From contig OZ024742.1 of assembly GCA_964016885.1 (NCBI GenBank), positions 358,298,001 through 358,362,000 of the forward strand: DNA of 64,000 nt. Reading direction: 5' to 3'. Below are positions 12,701-26,357 of this stretch, piece by piece. Made by a program: the position numbers and the translations under genes. The notes below the pieces were generated by a model. The model was not told where the DNA came from and made no database searches. It saw only the letters and a program-made list of their open reading frames with translations. Within the stretch, counting starts at the first letter, position 1, and the number at the start of each line of letters is the position of its first letter. The DNA is from Eledone cirrhosa (Eukaryota).

Positions 12701-14774
12701 GTAATGACAAGGATGATGATAGCAATAACGGTTTCTGATTTAAGTACAAGACCAGAAAGTTTGGGGAGGGAAAGTCGATTAAATTGACACCAGTGCATTA
12801 CTGGTACTTTATTTTATCGATCCTCGTAAGGATGAAAAGCAAAGTTAACCTCAGTGGGATTTCAACTCAGAATGTAACTGACTGTAATTCAATGCTTCAA
12901 AGCATGTTGTCCAACACTCTATCAACACTGTCAATCCACTACTCTTATGATGGTAGTAATAATAATAACAATAATGATAATAATAATTGATGAAATATGG
13001 TTTGAGAATACTGTAATGTTACATGAATACTATAAATATATCAACAATAGTAATAGAAAGAGAACCAAGTCAATATAGAGTGGATTATATATATATATTT
13101 CTACACTATTATAACTTGTTGTGCTGCTCAGTACTTTCCCCTTAATTTTTAAATAAGGAGTAATTTGAGTGAATGAACTAGTGACTTGTAATACACAAAG
13201 ATATTTGAACTTTTCCATCTGTTTCAGTAGATTTCCATTCCCATATAGAGTGTATTGTGCAGGCTTCCCTGAGAGGAGATATCATCATCATCACCATTTT
13301 TACATCCATTCTTCCATGCTAGCATGGGTTAGATGAGTTGTCCTGTTGTGGGTAATGCCAGGTCAGGTGACCATGTCTTGCTCATACATGATTGATTCTA
13401 ACTTGCTTTCTTCAGCTGGATGCCCTTCTTAACACCAACCTCATTTACATTAAGTAGTGGGTGCTTTTTATTGTGGTGCCTACTCGACCATTTAACAGTG
13501 TGGACTGGGTGCTTTCTTTTTCATGAGACCTACACGGCCACATCATATAATCATATAATCCACATGGCACAGTCCATTTTTTCTAATTGCTCCTGTTCAC
13601 CTGAACATAAATGTAATTAAATATAATCTAAACTATAATAAAGTAAGAATTGTGGGACTGCGTACGGTTTATAATTTTTTATCCCATTAGTAAAATAAGA
13701 TGGATTACTTTGAATAAGTAATGAATGAATATTAGATAATTTATCTACTAAATTTCGTGGCTGTTGATTAAATATATTTTATTGTTTATTTAAAGATTCA
13801 CGTCTTTAAAATTTTCAAATGTCAACACTTCCGGTTAGCGATCACTTAAATAAACATTCATATATTTCCATCACTAATTTTCTCCTAATGCAGTTTATAT
13901 ATAATATTGTCTTTTTTTAGAGTGTAACACAGTCTTCATTCAATTTCTGCGTATATTGTCAATTAGGATTGTATTTGATGTATCATATCTACATGCATAT
14001 ATATTGCATATAATATCAATATGCACACTTCACATGCTAGCAGAAAACCACCTGAAGGGTGATTTTTCTGCTAGTTATTGTATAATATCTGTGAACAACT
14101 TATGAACATTTTTGTTAACTAGTGAAAGTTGACTTTTACAGTTGATGTTTGGAGCTACAATATATTTACTTAAATATAATTAACTGTAGTGTTGCTAGTA
14201 CAGACAACTCCAGAATTCTCTAGCTCTTATCAGCCTTTCTGAATGCGTAGTTCAAGTAACAAAAGGAAAGTAGTGTTGCAACTGCCATGTCAGAACTAGA
14301 TTCTATACAATACAATATATTTCATTGTCATAGTATTTTTACAATAAAAATGTCCTCTCATCCTCAATTCTAATATGATTCAAATTCATGTTTTGGATTA
14401 TAAGAAGCTTATTAAGAAATCTTTATGTGATCAGTTGATATGATAAAAAGAACAGTGAATTCATTTAAAATTCATACTATATCATCTTCAAAATAATAAT
14501 GAAGAACACATAATATATAGTGTATTCCTAGATATACTATCTCTGTTAAAAAGAAAGAACATTTTCTGCTGCAATCACATCTTACAGACATTAGTAAGCT
14601 ATTTAATCAATGGTAGTTCAATAACACTAAATTACCACTTGTTTCACTGAGAGTTATTGCCTATATGAAAGATTTTACATTCCTGGGAAACCTCATCACC
14701 AAAGTCAATGAGGCTAAATATTACATTCAAGCAAAGCTCGTGTGACATTTGGAAGACTTCAATTGGCCTGGATG

Positions 14775-15047
14775 CAGGGTTGGATTTTGAACTTGTGGGG
14801 GCCTGATGCACATCAGTTTTGAGGGGCTCTCTCATACCCCCAAAAATTAGAATACACAGCAAACCCCCTAATTTTACATATCAAAGTTAGCTTGGTGCAA
14901 GTAGTTGGAATTAAAAAATTCTAACATCTTAAAACTAAAAACCCCAGCTGTGTGCTCAAATGAATTGCTACGGCTGTCATTACCCCCCTTTCCCTGCAGG
15001 GGGGCAGGGGCAATTGCCCCCTTTGTCTCCCATTAAATCTGGCCCTG
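14775..15047. mobile_element. Possible degraded hAT-like MITE
   Basis: Imperfect TIRs CAGGGTTGGATTT / AAATCTGGCCCTG and ggggcaattgcccc palindrome; no TSD seen. Confidence 0.3.
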
Positions 15048-15649
15048 TCAAGTTAATACAGTTTTAGCACAAAGTTTACACTTATATAATCAATGTGGAA
15101 TCTGTCCTCATGTATGTCTCAGAAGGCTGGTGAATGGTAAGAAGAGACATATCAGAACTTTCCTCAGACTATATGTCTGAAGAACATGACACATCTTCTG
15201 GCCCAACAAAGGGATAAATCAGGAAATAAAAAAAGCCTCGACAGCCAAAGAACATCTAATGTAGAACAGTTGCAGGAAAACTGAGAGAAATATATCTTAC
15301 ATAGAGCAAGACACAGAGTTTCTAATGATTAATCTGAATGGTAGTGAACCCTTGGAACCATATTTTTCTATTGGGATTAAAAAGATTATTGATAATATTA
15401 GCAGGGAAATGGGTGCTAATTAAATAATAATAATAATGATTTCTACTATAGGTGCAAGAACAGCAATTTGGGGGCAGGGGAATGTCAATTAAATTGACCA
15501 CTGTGCATGACTGGGGCTCTATTTTAGCGATGCCATAAGGATGAAAGTCAAAGCTAACCTTGGTGAGATTTAAACTCAGAATATAAAGGGGCCATAACTG
15601 AATACTGAAAATCATTTTGTCTGATGCTCTACTGGATGTAGGAGGTGAC

Positions 15650-15960
15650 ATTAACATTAATGAACTGAAGTATGACCATTTTATCATGGCTAGGAAGCCT
15701 GACATTGTTGTCGTAGTAGAGAATAACAAGTCAAGTATTGTGGAAATTGTTTCACTGTGGGAGCACAGAGTGAATGAGAAAGTTGAGAAATACCAGGATC
15801 TGAAGAGGGGAAATCAGGAAACTATGGAGAATCAGACATGTAGAAGTGGTAACAATTGTGGTTGAGGCACTGCTTGAGAAGCTAGGAATTACCATCAGGA
15901 TGGGGTTGTTGCTGGGAAGAGAAAGAATTGTGAGAAGGGTGTTGGAAAGTTGAGGGAGAA
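15650..15960 (+). pseudogene. Degraded R4/Dong-type restriction-like endonuclease fragment
   Basis: ARKPDIVVV...EKVEKYQDLK (PD..D/E, KxxKY motifs), followed by (TAA)n at ~16050. Confidence 0.6.
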
Positions 15961-16366
15961 TGAATGATCCGAAGGAAGATTGGCCATTGGCTATGGCTCA
16001 CTCTTTTGGTATAGTGTCTATATAACATATGCCAGAGTAAATGTTACAAATAATAATAATAAATAATAATAATAATAATGATTTCATTTATTGGCCACAA
16101 GGGCCGACATATAGGGGACAATACAAAAGACTGGGAAAGTGGGGTTTTACAGAAAAATCGAGTAAACAATATGAATAACAATAACAAGAAAACATTGCCC
16201 AATAGAGGGGATGACCACCTAGGGTTCGCTCAGGTACCCCACCAGTCCTGAACGACCCGACGCTTCGAGAGCACCCTGGTAAGGCACCCCCTCTCCTCCT
16301 CAAATTTACCTACCTACAGTCGCATGACCAGAGTAGGCCCACTCAGACGGGCCATTCTCGCCACAT

Positions 16367-19300
16367 TCACCCACCTTTCAGCAAATGTACTGGGGGCAGC
16401 ACTTCTCTCTCCACCCTCACCTTCCTTTCCAAGTGAAACTTGAAAAAGTTAATGAGGGATTGGCCGAAGAGAAAAGTGTCTGTCTTCAGTCCTTTCATCC
16501 TCGTCCACCATACAACCTCTTTCGCTACTGCCACCAGACAGAGGAAAATTGCCTGCCCTTCCTGGCCAAAAGAAGGCGGCGGATCGATCTTCACTATGGA
16601 CTCGGCCGATAGCGGGATCCGTTCAAAATGTGACAACAGCTGTTCAATATAACTCCACACGTCCGTAATGCACGGACACTGGACGAGTGCATGCAGAACG
16701 GTTTCGTCGCTCTGCGCGCATCTTGGGCAGGTCCGTCTGACAGCACTTCCGTGACTGTAGAGTTTATCTCGAACCGGCAGTGCCCCCGGTAGCACTGCCA
16801 AGCGAGGGATTTTTGGAAATTATCCATCGTCCCCGGCTCGAAAGTCCTCCGGTACAGACTGGTTAGTTCGACTTCGTTGACTCCCAGAGCCTCTCCGAGT
16901 GCATCGTCGCACTTGCCCACCACTAATCCTCAATAGAACTCGAGAGTGGAAGTTCCACTGACCGCATTGCCCGCCTGGTAGAGGGCAGTGAGTGCCTGGC
17001 AACCTTCCAGATGCCAGTCACCCAGTCTCGGTCACTTCTTGACCCAGGACTGCAGCTCCGTCAAAGAAACGAGCTGCGGAAAGGCCCGTCTGACAAACGG
17101 CGACCACACCTGTTCACCGTTTAGGCAGAATATCTGGAGATGCCGCAGCCTCAGCGCGTGCCTGCGCATCATTAGCCACGGCATGCCCAGCCCTCCACGT
17201 AGAGGATGCTGGCAGCAGATGGACCGCCTCACCAGCGGAACCTGACCCCTCCACAAAAATTTGAAGAGGAGCCGCTCCAAGATGGCGAGGCGCGAAGGAG
17301 GCAAGGGACGATAGTCAGACGGTAGTAGATGACGGACGCGATGTACGCGTCTGCCACCTCCGCCCGATCTTTCAGTGATAGCTTCATCCCAGCCCATTAC
17401 TGGGTGAGACTGGCTACTCTGCCCGTCACCTCGTCCCAATTCTTATCCACCTGGAGGTCAGGCCCGAACGAAACCTCTAGCAACTTTACCGGTCCGTCCG
17501 TCTAGCGCCTAACGATGCTGTTGGACGGCCTGGACTTGCCTCTCCAGGTGCCGAGTTGCAAGCCCACTGACTTTTCCGGGTTAAGTTTTGCTCCCGTCAA
17601 ACTTTCATATTCCTCCAATAAGTTGCCGACCACCTCGATTTCTGAGGTGTCCGACACCATCACGGTGATGTCGTCCGCATAAGCCGACACAGCCTTTCCG
17701 CGTCCCGGTTCGAGCGGGATGCCCTGCAACAGCTCCAGCTTCCGCAGTAAAGGCTCGAGAGTCAACACGTACAGAAGGGAGGAGAGAGGGCACCCTTGAC
17801 GGACCGATCGGGGGACTTGAAACAGTTCCGAGATGTGGCCATTAATTTTGACCATCGAGCAAGTGCCGCTGTGCATTGCAAATATCCAGCTTCTGAAGAC
17901 GGGGCCGAAGCCAGCCGCCTTGAGGACAGCCTCCAGGTACCGATGGTCGACCCTTTCGAATGCTTTCGATTGATCTAAATTGATCAGAGCCCCACCGAAG
18001 CCAGGGTTACACGCTACCCTCTCTATAGTGTATCGCATTAGGTGGAGGTTGTCGTGTATTGACCTGGTTGGGATTGCACAAGCTTGCGCCTCCCCAACCA
18101 AATCCCCGACAAGCGCCAACCTCTTCGCTAACACCCTGGCCAAAATCTTAAACTCTGTGTTGAGCAGAGTTATGGGCCTGAAATTGTCTAATGTGTCCCT
18201 CTTTTTCTCGTCTTTCCTTATCAGCGTCACTATGCCCCGGCTCACAGAACTGGGAATACTCCCGTTTTGCTGCCAGTCGCAGTAGAGGGCTTCGAGGAGA
18301 TTGGAGAACAAGTCTGGCATATTTACGTAAAGCTCGTAGGGCAGACCATCCAAACCGGGTGACTTGCGCCTCATGCAGCCGACAAGGGCATCCTGAATCT
18401 CGGCTGAAGTAATTGGCCTTTCGCAGCGCCAAGCGTCAGCCGTCGAGAGTTACGGCAAGCCATCGAGGTAGGGACTGAAGTCCGCCACCATCTCTGACCC
18501 GCCACTTCCCCCGAACAACCGAGCAAAATGTTGGCGAAAGGCCTCACACATCCTCTTGGAATCGCTCAGCTCGTGCCCGTCTCGGTCCGTCACGCGGGCC
18601 CATCGAACAGCTTTGGGTCCCTCGTTTCTCAGAGCACGCGCCTTAGCTCTGATAATGCAACCTTCGTGTTTCGCATTGAAGAAATGGTCTAATGCCATTC
18701 TCGCCGCTAGCACGTCAGTTGCAATAACACTACCAATAGCCTCGTCTAACTTATCTATCAACTCCCCCTCCTTTCTATATTTCTCTAACGCTACTCCTTT
18801 GCTAAACTCTATCGACATTACTCTAATCTCTCTTTTGAGAGCCCCCCACCATCTATTGTTGACGACACCCCCTGTCAACTTTTTCTTAACTAAATTGTTG
18901 ACCTGGTCCCTGTAAGCCTTACGTGCCGGATATGACATGTTTAGCTTCCAGTAACCAGGTCTTAACCTACGCGTCTTATCTAGGTCGACCATACAGATCA
19001 CAAACTTGTGATCTGAATAGGCGACCGTTTCAAAAAAGCTTACACTATTTCTGTCTATTTTCCTAATGAATATCCTGTCTATATACGATCTAGATGACCC
19101 TATGCGGTTAGCCCAGATCCACACTGGCGCATTAGGGAAATCTAGTCGGTACCTGTCAGACAGTTGGAACTGGCTGATCAGGTTCTTCAGGCTTTTGCAC
19201 CCCCCGCTCCTATCGGATACTCCAACACAGTCCCAGCGTGCGTCTAATATGCCGTTCCAGTCTCCCGTTAACAGTAAAGGGCAAGACGTAATCAGAAAGG

Positions 19301-19683
19301 CTTCCTGGCGTCTAAAGAAATCCAGCCGTCCTGCCCCAGTTGGAGCATAGACGGCCACCAGTCTAAAGGCACCACCTTCGTTATTGTTCACGTGCAGGAC
19401 CACCAACATCCCGTCCGGGTCCCAGAAGATCGACCTTACCTCGAGATCCAGGCCTTTCCTAAACAGCACTGCCACCCGGGCCTCCCATTCCCGGCCGGCT
19501 AACAGATGCAAAGATCTATTAGTCGTCGAAAATGGGGGCTAGTGCGCGCGTGTCGGAAGTCCTGCTCTCGCTGACTGCAATTACATCCATTTCTATAGAC
19601 ATGAGGTCGTTGAGCAGGCGACCCTGCTTCCAGGACGAACCCAGTCCTCGAACATTTAAACATCCTACTCTTAATACGGCCAT
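16367..19683 (-). pseudogene. Tx1 ORF2 (APE endonuclease, reverse transcriptase, C-terminal Cys domain), frameshifted
   Basis: CLNVRGL, VYAP, GDWN, YIDRIF, SDH; KSPGLDG, FRPITLLN, QGCPLS, YADD; CPRC..ETVLHALVQC. Confidence 0.92.
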
Positions 19684-19714
19684 GTTGGCAGGTTAAACAG
19701 AGAGCGAGGAAGGT

Positions 19715-21690
19715 TTACTTACCTTCCGGGCTCTTGTGAAGGTCGGGTTGTTCGACCTCCATAGTTGGTGGGGTTTCTTTTGGGAACCCCTTTAAAAGTC
19801 TTGACGTGGGTTTTACGTTCGGGGTTCCCACGTCCCGAGGAAAGCTGTCTCGTATTTCTTTGAATATGTCGAGCGACATTCGCACCAGAACCAAATCTTC
19901 CGGCACGCGAAATGTGCTCTATTTAAAACTTTCCCCCTCTTTTTGTATATTTTCACTTCATGCTACGAGGGCCATCAGTTCCTTGTTGGCCCTCCTGACG
20001 AGCACGAAGTTTTGTATGTTTTGTTGGTGTGATTTTATTTGTTTGCGTGGCTGTGGTGGTAATGAATTTGGTGGTGTTGTTTCGTTTGTATCTGTGTTTG
20101 TTGCGAGTGCGGTGTCTGTGATTTCACATGTTTGTGTGTATATTTGTTCTTGCGTCTGTTTCGGTTGTTTGCGTTTGGGGGATTCTGGTGATGGTGATGG
20201 TGGTATTGATGTTGGTGTTATTGGGGATATGTTTGCGTGGGTGGTGTCCGCGTTTTTGTGGATGCTTTTGTGCTTTGTTGAGTTTTTTTTTTTTCTTTTT
20301 GTGTTTCCTTTTTTGTATTTTGGGGGATTTTGGTTTTCCCTCATTTTCACTACTGGTAGATGAGGGGTCTGTGTCTGTAAGTGTGTCTGTATGTATGTTT
20401 ATGGTTTTATTGGTGTGTGTATTTTTTTTGGGGGGGGAATTTGACAGCTTTCCTCGTTTCCCCCCTGGGTGGTCAATATTGGTGATGGTCTTTCTATTGT
20501 TGTTGTTGTTGGTGGTTTTGCCGGTGCTGGTGTTGGTTGTGGTCCTCGCCTCGGCGTCGGCAGCAGTGGAGCCTTTCGACCTCTTGCCTCTTTCAGCAGT
20601 TGAGGGCAGAAGGCTCGCAAATGGGTTTTTTCTCCACAAACAAAACACTGCGGCCTTTTGCCTTCGATCATAATGTGAATGACCGTCCCATTCTGAAGGC
20701 GGATGTGGTCCGGGATTGTCTTCACATTCTCGGGCATGATCTGGAGAAGGATCTCCAGGTCAACCCCGGACCAGTCCTCTCTGACCGTTCTGGTCACTTC
20801 TATAGGGACGGCATCCGTCCCCATCACAATCACACATCCCAGAAGCCACCATATCTCAAGTCCTGGTGGGATTCTGGGAATGCGGAGACGGGCCGTTCTT
20901 TTTCCCATGTGGGAGGGGTACATTATGACCTTGTTGGTTTTGCAAGGAGTCATAGCGTGTTTCATAGCGAGGGCTTCTGACTTGAACAACACCGAAATGG
21001 TGCCGTACTGTCTGTGCCCTTCTCTATGCACTGGGTGTCTTCTCTGATGGACCTCAGCGCGACTTCGACATCTTCTTGTGGGATTAAAGCTGCCCTTTTG
21101 GTTTGTGCTGAGATGCATCTATAATGCACCGTTCTGCGCTCCACTGCCTCAATAGCTTCTATCGGGACAGTTAAGTTGGCACAGGTTTGATCATGCTTGA
21201 TGAGCTTCCATGCCTGGGCCAACTTTTCATCATTGTTTGAGAGGTCCATATTGAAGCATGGCCTCTTTTTTGTTGCTGCCGCAGCGAAAGTGTTCTTCTT
21301 GTTTTCGTTGGGGGTATTGTTGTCGTTGTTCTTGTTGGTGTTGTTGTTAGCACTGTCGCTGTTATCACTGTTGTCTTTGTTGCCGCCGTTGTTCTCGGTG
21401 CAGTTGGTATTGTTGCTGTTGGTGTTGTCGCTATTTGTTTTCATGTTAGTGGTGTTTATATTGTTGTTGTATTTGTTATTTTTTTTGTTATCTGTATTTT
21501 CGTTGTCGCTGTTACTGTCATTTTTTTCAAAATTAAAGTTCTCATTCGTGTCATTGGTGTCTTTGTTTACCTTGTTTGTGGTGATGTTTGTGTTATCAAT
21601 GTGTGTTAATTTCGCTGTAGCGCTCCTCTCAACTTCTACGTCGTTTTCGCACGACAGCCGACATATCGCTGGGGGGCGTGGCTCAGCCAT
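19715..21690 (-). pseudogene. Tx1 ORF1 (gag-like, CCHC knuckle), frameshifted
   Basis: CFVCGEKTHLRAFC in ORF 20399-21118; Asn-rich N-terminus from ATG at 21690. Confidence 0.8.
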
Positions 21691-21895
21691 GTTTTTTTTT
21701 TCTTCGCAAATTTTTTAACATGTAAAGAAAGTTCAAATATTTGGGCCAAAAGGCCAAAATATTATACTTTCCCTTTCACGGGGCAAAGTCTAAGGGCTTA
21801 TATCCCTTACACAACAAGAAATATTTAACGACAAATAATTTTAACAGGCAAATAAAGCGACTTACTGGGAGCGAGCAAAATACGTCCGCTTAGAC

Positions 21896-21924
<29 letters not shown>

Positions 21925-21926
<2 letters not shown>

Positions 21927-22097
21927 TGTTTCTACTTTTGGCACAAGGTCAGCAATTATCCCAGTGTATTACTGGTACTTTATTTTATCGACCCTATAAA
22001 GATGAAAGGCAAAGTTAACCTCGGCGGGATTTGAACTGAGACCATAAAGGGCCGTAAAGCATGGCGTCCGACCCGCTACCGATACTACCATTCCACC
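21925..22097 (-). mobile_element. SINE family A
   Basis: Family A sequence flanked by (TAA)n. Confidence 0.85.
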
Positions 22098-22112
22098 TAA
22101 TAATAATAATAA

Positions 22113-23249
22113 TGCTTTCTTTATTAACCACAAGGGTTTACATAAAGTGAGACATTAAGGCAGTACAGGACAATACAGGACGGTACAAAGGGGCATTTCT
22201 GCGTGTAAAAAAACAAAAACAGAAGATGTAACAAAAAAGAAATAATGAAAAATTCCCCAATAGGGGGGAGACTTCCGAGGCCATCGTGGAGAAAGCCCAT
22301 TAAAAAAAAGCCACGGAGACCCTGACCACCAGGGCAAGTGCCCTCTCCCAGTTTTCCACCTTCAATTTACAGACACATACTCAGAGGCCATACATGGGGC
22401 ATTCTTGCCTCTCTCACCCATCTTTCAACAAAATGCTGGGAAGAGAGCTCTTCCCTCTCTATCCTGATTTTCCTTTTCAAATGAAATTTGAAAAAGTTAA
22501 TCAGGGCATCATCGAAAAGGTAAGTGCTCGTCTTCAGCCCTTTCAAACGCGTCCACCATACTATCTCTTTCGCCATGGCCACCGGACAGATAAAAACTGC
22601 CTGCCCTTCCTGGCTAAAAGAAGAGGGCAGGGCAATCCTCACGATGGACACAGATGATAGCCGGATCCGTCCTACACGCGACAGCAGGTGTTCGACATAA
22701 ACCCACAAGTCAGCAATGCTCGGACACTGGACGAGTGCGTGCAGGGCGGTTTTGTTGCCCTGCGCGCATCTCGTAGCTCCTCGGTAGCACTGCCAGGCCA
22801 GGGATTTCTGGAAATGTTCCATATGCCCGGCCCGAAAGTTCTTTCAAAGAGATTGGCTAGTTGATTTTCGTCAACGCCTAGAGTTTCCCAAGTACGTCGT
22901 CGCTCTTCCCTTCCACTAATCATCTATACAACGCCAAGGTGGAGGTTCCACCGATCTAATTTCCCGACTGGTCGAGGGCTGTGGGCACCTGAAGACATTC
23001 CAGTCTCCAAGTGCTCCCTCTCGGTCTTCGCTTGACCCAGGACTGCAGCTCTGTCAAGGAGATGAGCTGGGGAAAGACGCGTCTAGCAAACGGCGACCAC
23101 ACCTGATCACCGTCAAGGAACAGGTGGAGATGTCGTAGCCTGAGCGCGTGTCTGTGCTTCACCAGCCATGGCATGCCCAGCCCTCCACGTAGTGGGTGTT
23201 GACAGCAGATGGACCGCTTGACCATCGGAGCGCGTCCCTTCCACAATAA
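22113..23249 (-). mobile_element. 5'-truncated Tx1-type LINE, second subfamily
   Basis: Peptides LWKGRAPMVKRSICCQHPLRGGLGMP and FQKSLAWQCYRG homologous to 16367-17260; different 3'UTR. Confidence 0.88.
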
Positions 23250-24678
23250 AGGATAAGGAAAGAATGTTACAGGAGAGTACGTGCAGTTCTGAGATCAGAA
23301 CTAAACGCTTACGACAATTCCTTGGCAGTCCCAGTTGTCACTTATAGCTTCGGTGTGTTGAACTGGAATATGAATGAGGTCAAAAGAATCGACACCAAAG
23401 TCTGTAAACTAATGACCTGTAATAGGATGCACCACCCAAAAGCAGATGTGGATCGTCTTTACCTTCCTAGAACTGAAGGAGACCATGGCCTGATCCAATT
23501 TGAACTTGCTTACAAGACCACCATCATTAGACTGGCCAAATACCTTGAAACAACTAATGACTGTATGCTGAAACTTGTTGAAAAGCGTGAGAGAAGTAAG
23601 AAGCTTCATTCTATCTTGAAGGAGAGCAAAAAATATGCTACTGATCTCATGCTTGATACCCAGGCTGGACAGACTAAAGAAACTGTTGCAACTGATGCTG
23701 CTAGGCACATACAATCACTGGCAAAAGCAAAAGGGCAAGAAGAATTAGCATGAAAGTGGGAGCAGAAACTTCTGCATGGCAAATATGTAGCCCGTAGCAA
23801 ACAAGCTGATGTTGACCAAAAGCACACCTATCAGTGGCAACATAGTTCAGGGCTAAAGGCGGAGAGTGAAGGCTTCATCTTAGCAGCCCAAGATCAAAGC
23901 TTATTGACTCGTAATTACCAGGCCAATGTGATGAGAAACAGAATAAAACCAAAGTGCCGATTCTGCAATGCTGGGGTTGAAACAGTGGATCACTTAGTCT
24001 CTGGATGTAAAGTTTTAGCACCAGTAGAGTACAAATATAGACATGACAGAGTTGGCCAATATCTACACTGGGTAATATGTTGGCATTATAAAATCAAAGC
24101 TGAAGACAAGTGGTACAATCATCACCCTGAGGCTGTAACTGAAGGAGAAAAAGTAACAATTCTCTGGGACTTTCCTGTACATACTGACAGGACCATAAAA
24201 GCAAATAGACTTGACATCATTGTAAAAGATCAACATAACAAGGTCTGTTTATTGATAGATATGAGTATTCCATGTGATCACAATATCGCGGCAAAAGAAT
24301 TTGACAAACTTCGAAAATATAAAGATCTGCTTATTGAAATTGAGAAATACCAGTGATTGTGGGAGGACTGGGAATGATCAAGAAAGGAACAGAACAATAT
24401 TTGCGAATGATTCCTGGTTTACCCTCTCTGCACGAGGTGCAAAAAATTGTTTTGACTGGTACTGCACACGTATTGAGAAGAGCACTATCTCTGTAAGATG
24501 GATATCCCTCCTTGTATTTACATATGAACATGTGTATATATGTATACTGTTGTTTTTTATTATAATCAATGTGCTGTATTAACTGGCTTACCAATGCACA
24601 CTGTGAATTTATTTGCCCTAGGTGTCAGGAAGACACTCGGCATATATCTCAGAAACAATAATGAAAGAAAATAAAAAC

Positions 24679-24711
<33 letters not shown>
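23250..24711 (+). mobile_element. 5'-truncated R4/Dong-type non-LTR retrotransposon (RT thumb, CCHC, RLE) with (TAA)n 3' end
   Basis: RLYLPRTEG, CRFCNAGVETVDHLVSGC, RHD, RLDIIV..LIDMSIP, KLRKYKDL; in-frame stops. Confidence 0.88.
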
Positions 24712-25784
24712 CAGAAGAAGAAGAAGAATGGCTTCTACTATAGGCACAAGGCCAGGAGGGGAAAGTCAAATAAATCTACTCCAGTGTGGTACTTTATCAA
24801 CCCTGTAAGGATGAAAGGCATAAGTAACCTTGGCAGGATTTGAACTCAGAACATAAAGGGCTGTAACAATTACTGCAAAGAATTTATCCGATGATCTAAG
24901 GATTTGGTCAATAATAATATTAATAATGATTCAATTTATTGACCCTGAGAGATGGGGTTCCTCTGAATGGTCTTTGGAGAAATGTTATTTGATTCAATAT
25001 GTAGCTCAGTGAACTGAGTGTAGAGAACTATTTCTCTAGGCATGTGGTTAGAATGTTTCAGGAAAGAATCACTGGACAGATTTTAAGGGCAAAACCAACT
25101 GGCAGGTAACCCAGGGGTAGACCCTGAACAAGATGGTTGGATAACATCCATGTACTTGGCTGGTCTTGTTTGGGATCCAGCCAGATCAGCTGGAGATGGT
25201 TGTTTCTGACAGGACCCACTGGAAGGAGTGTTTAATGACTCTGACCCCATGACCCTCTCAGGAATAAGTGGGCAAAGAAGAAGAATAAAAGTCTGACAGA
25301 TGATAGCTAAAGTCTTAATACAACAGTTTATGAATTTACTATGTATAAGAATATAGTGACCAAATGCTGCTAAGCATTTGGTCCAAGACATCTCTTTGAA
25401 TTCAATACCTCTGTATCATATTACAATTTTGACTGAGTAGTAGTCTACTATATTAAACATAGTACTTGATTAATACATATTTAATCGACCCTGGAAAAAA
25501 AGAAAGGCAATAGATGGAGATACACACACACACACACACAATTTGGGTGATTATAATGGAGTACAGTCAGCCAATTCATTCTCTATTTATATTGGAACTT
25601 CAAACTTGATTAATATTGATATTAATGTTAATGATAATTTACCTATATTTCTTATATATATGTTTCTTACATGAAATGCTTATTACTGTCTCTTATCTAA
25701 TTTGCTTCACTGCATTGCTTTTCTCTCCTACATATCTACTTCTTCTAACTATATAAGTCAAAAATAATAATATTATGAATAATA

Positions 25785-25964
25785 ATTGTTTCTACTTTTG
25801 GCACAAGGCCAGCAATTACCCAGTACATTACTGGTACTTTATTTTATCGACCCTGTAAGGATGAAAGGCAAAGTTAACCTCTGCGGGATTTGATCTCAGA
25901 ACATAAAGGGACGTAACTATGCTGGAAAGCATGTCCGACCCTCTACCGATACTGCCAATCCACC
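25785..25964 (-). mobile_element. SINE family A
   Basis: Family A sequence. Confidence 0.85.
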
Positions 25965-26357
25965 AATGAGGTAATGCGTTTTACCTCAACCTCTAATCCC
26001 AATTTTTGCACGTTCCAACAATTCAACATTCAAATTGTTTTATTTTAATGCTTGCTTTACACCCAATATTTGAGGAGGGATCTATTCTTAGTATTTTTTG
26101 ATTTTTGTAAACTTTGTTCCTTCTCACATTTCCGGAAGAAATGCGGTTACATGTGTTATATTTTGTGTTAATAACTGCTAATTAATTACTTCTGATTGTT
26201 TCTAAATGCATGTACTATTGTCACCTGTATTGAAACAGGTATAAAAATCAAAGAATGGATTTAAGTGGGGTGTAACCTTGGCCTTTTTTCATTATATATA
26301 TATATATATGAATAGTTAGATAGAAAAAAGATAGAGTATATATATATATATGTTAAT

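Larger units (their letters stand above)
16081..21896 (-). mobile_element. Full-length degenerate Tx1/L1-clade LINE (~5.8 kb) in a (TAA)n tract
   Basis: 5'UTR, ORF1 with zinc knuckle, ORF2 APE-RT-zf, short 3'UTR with AATAAA; (TAA)n at 16051-16079 and 21896-21924. Confidence 0.93.

Noticed and set aside
13030-13270. Host exon with acceptor-like site
   Set aside because: Peptide LKQMEKFKYLCV resembles a decayed RTE RT motif (VEKFKYLG)
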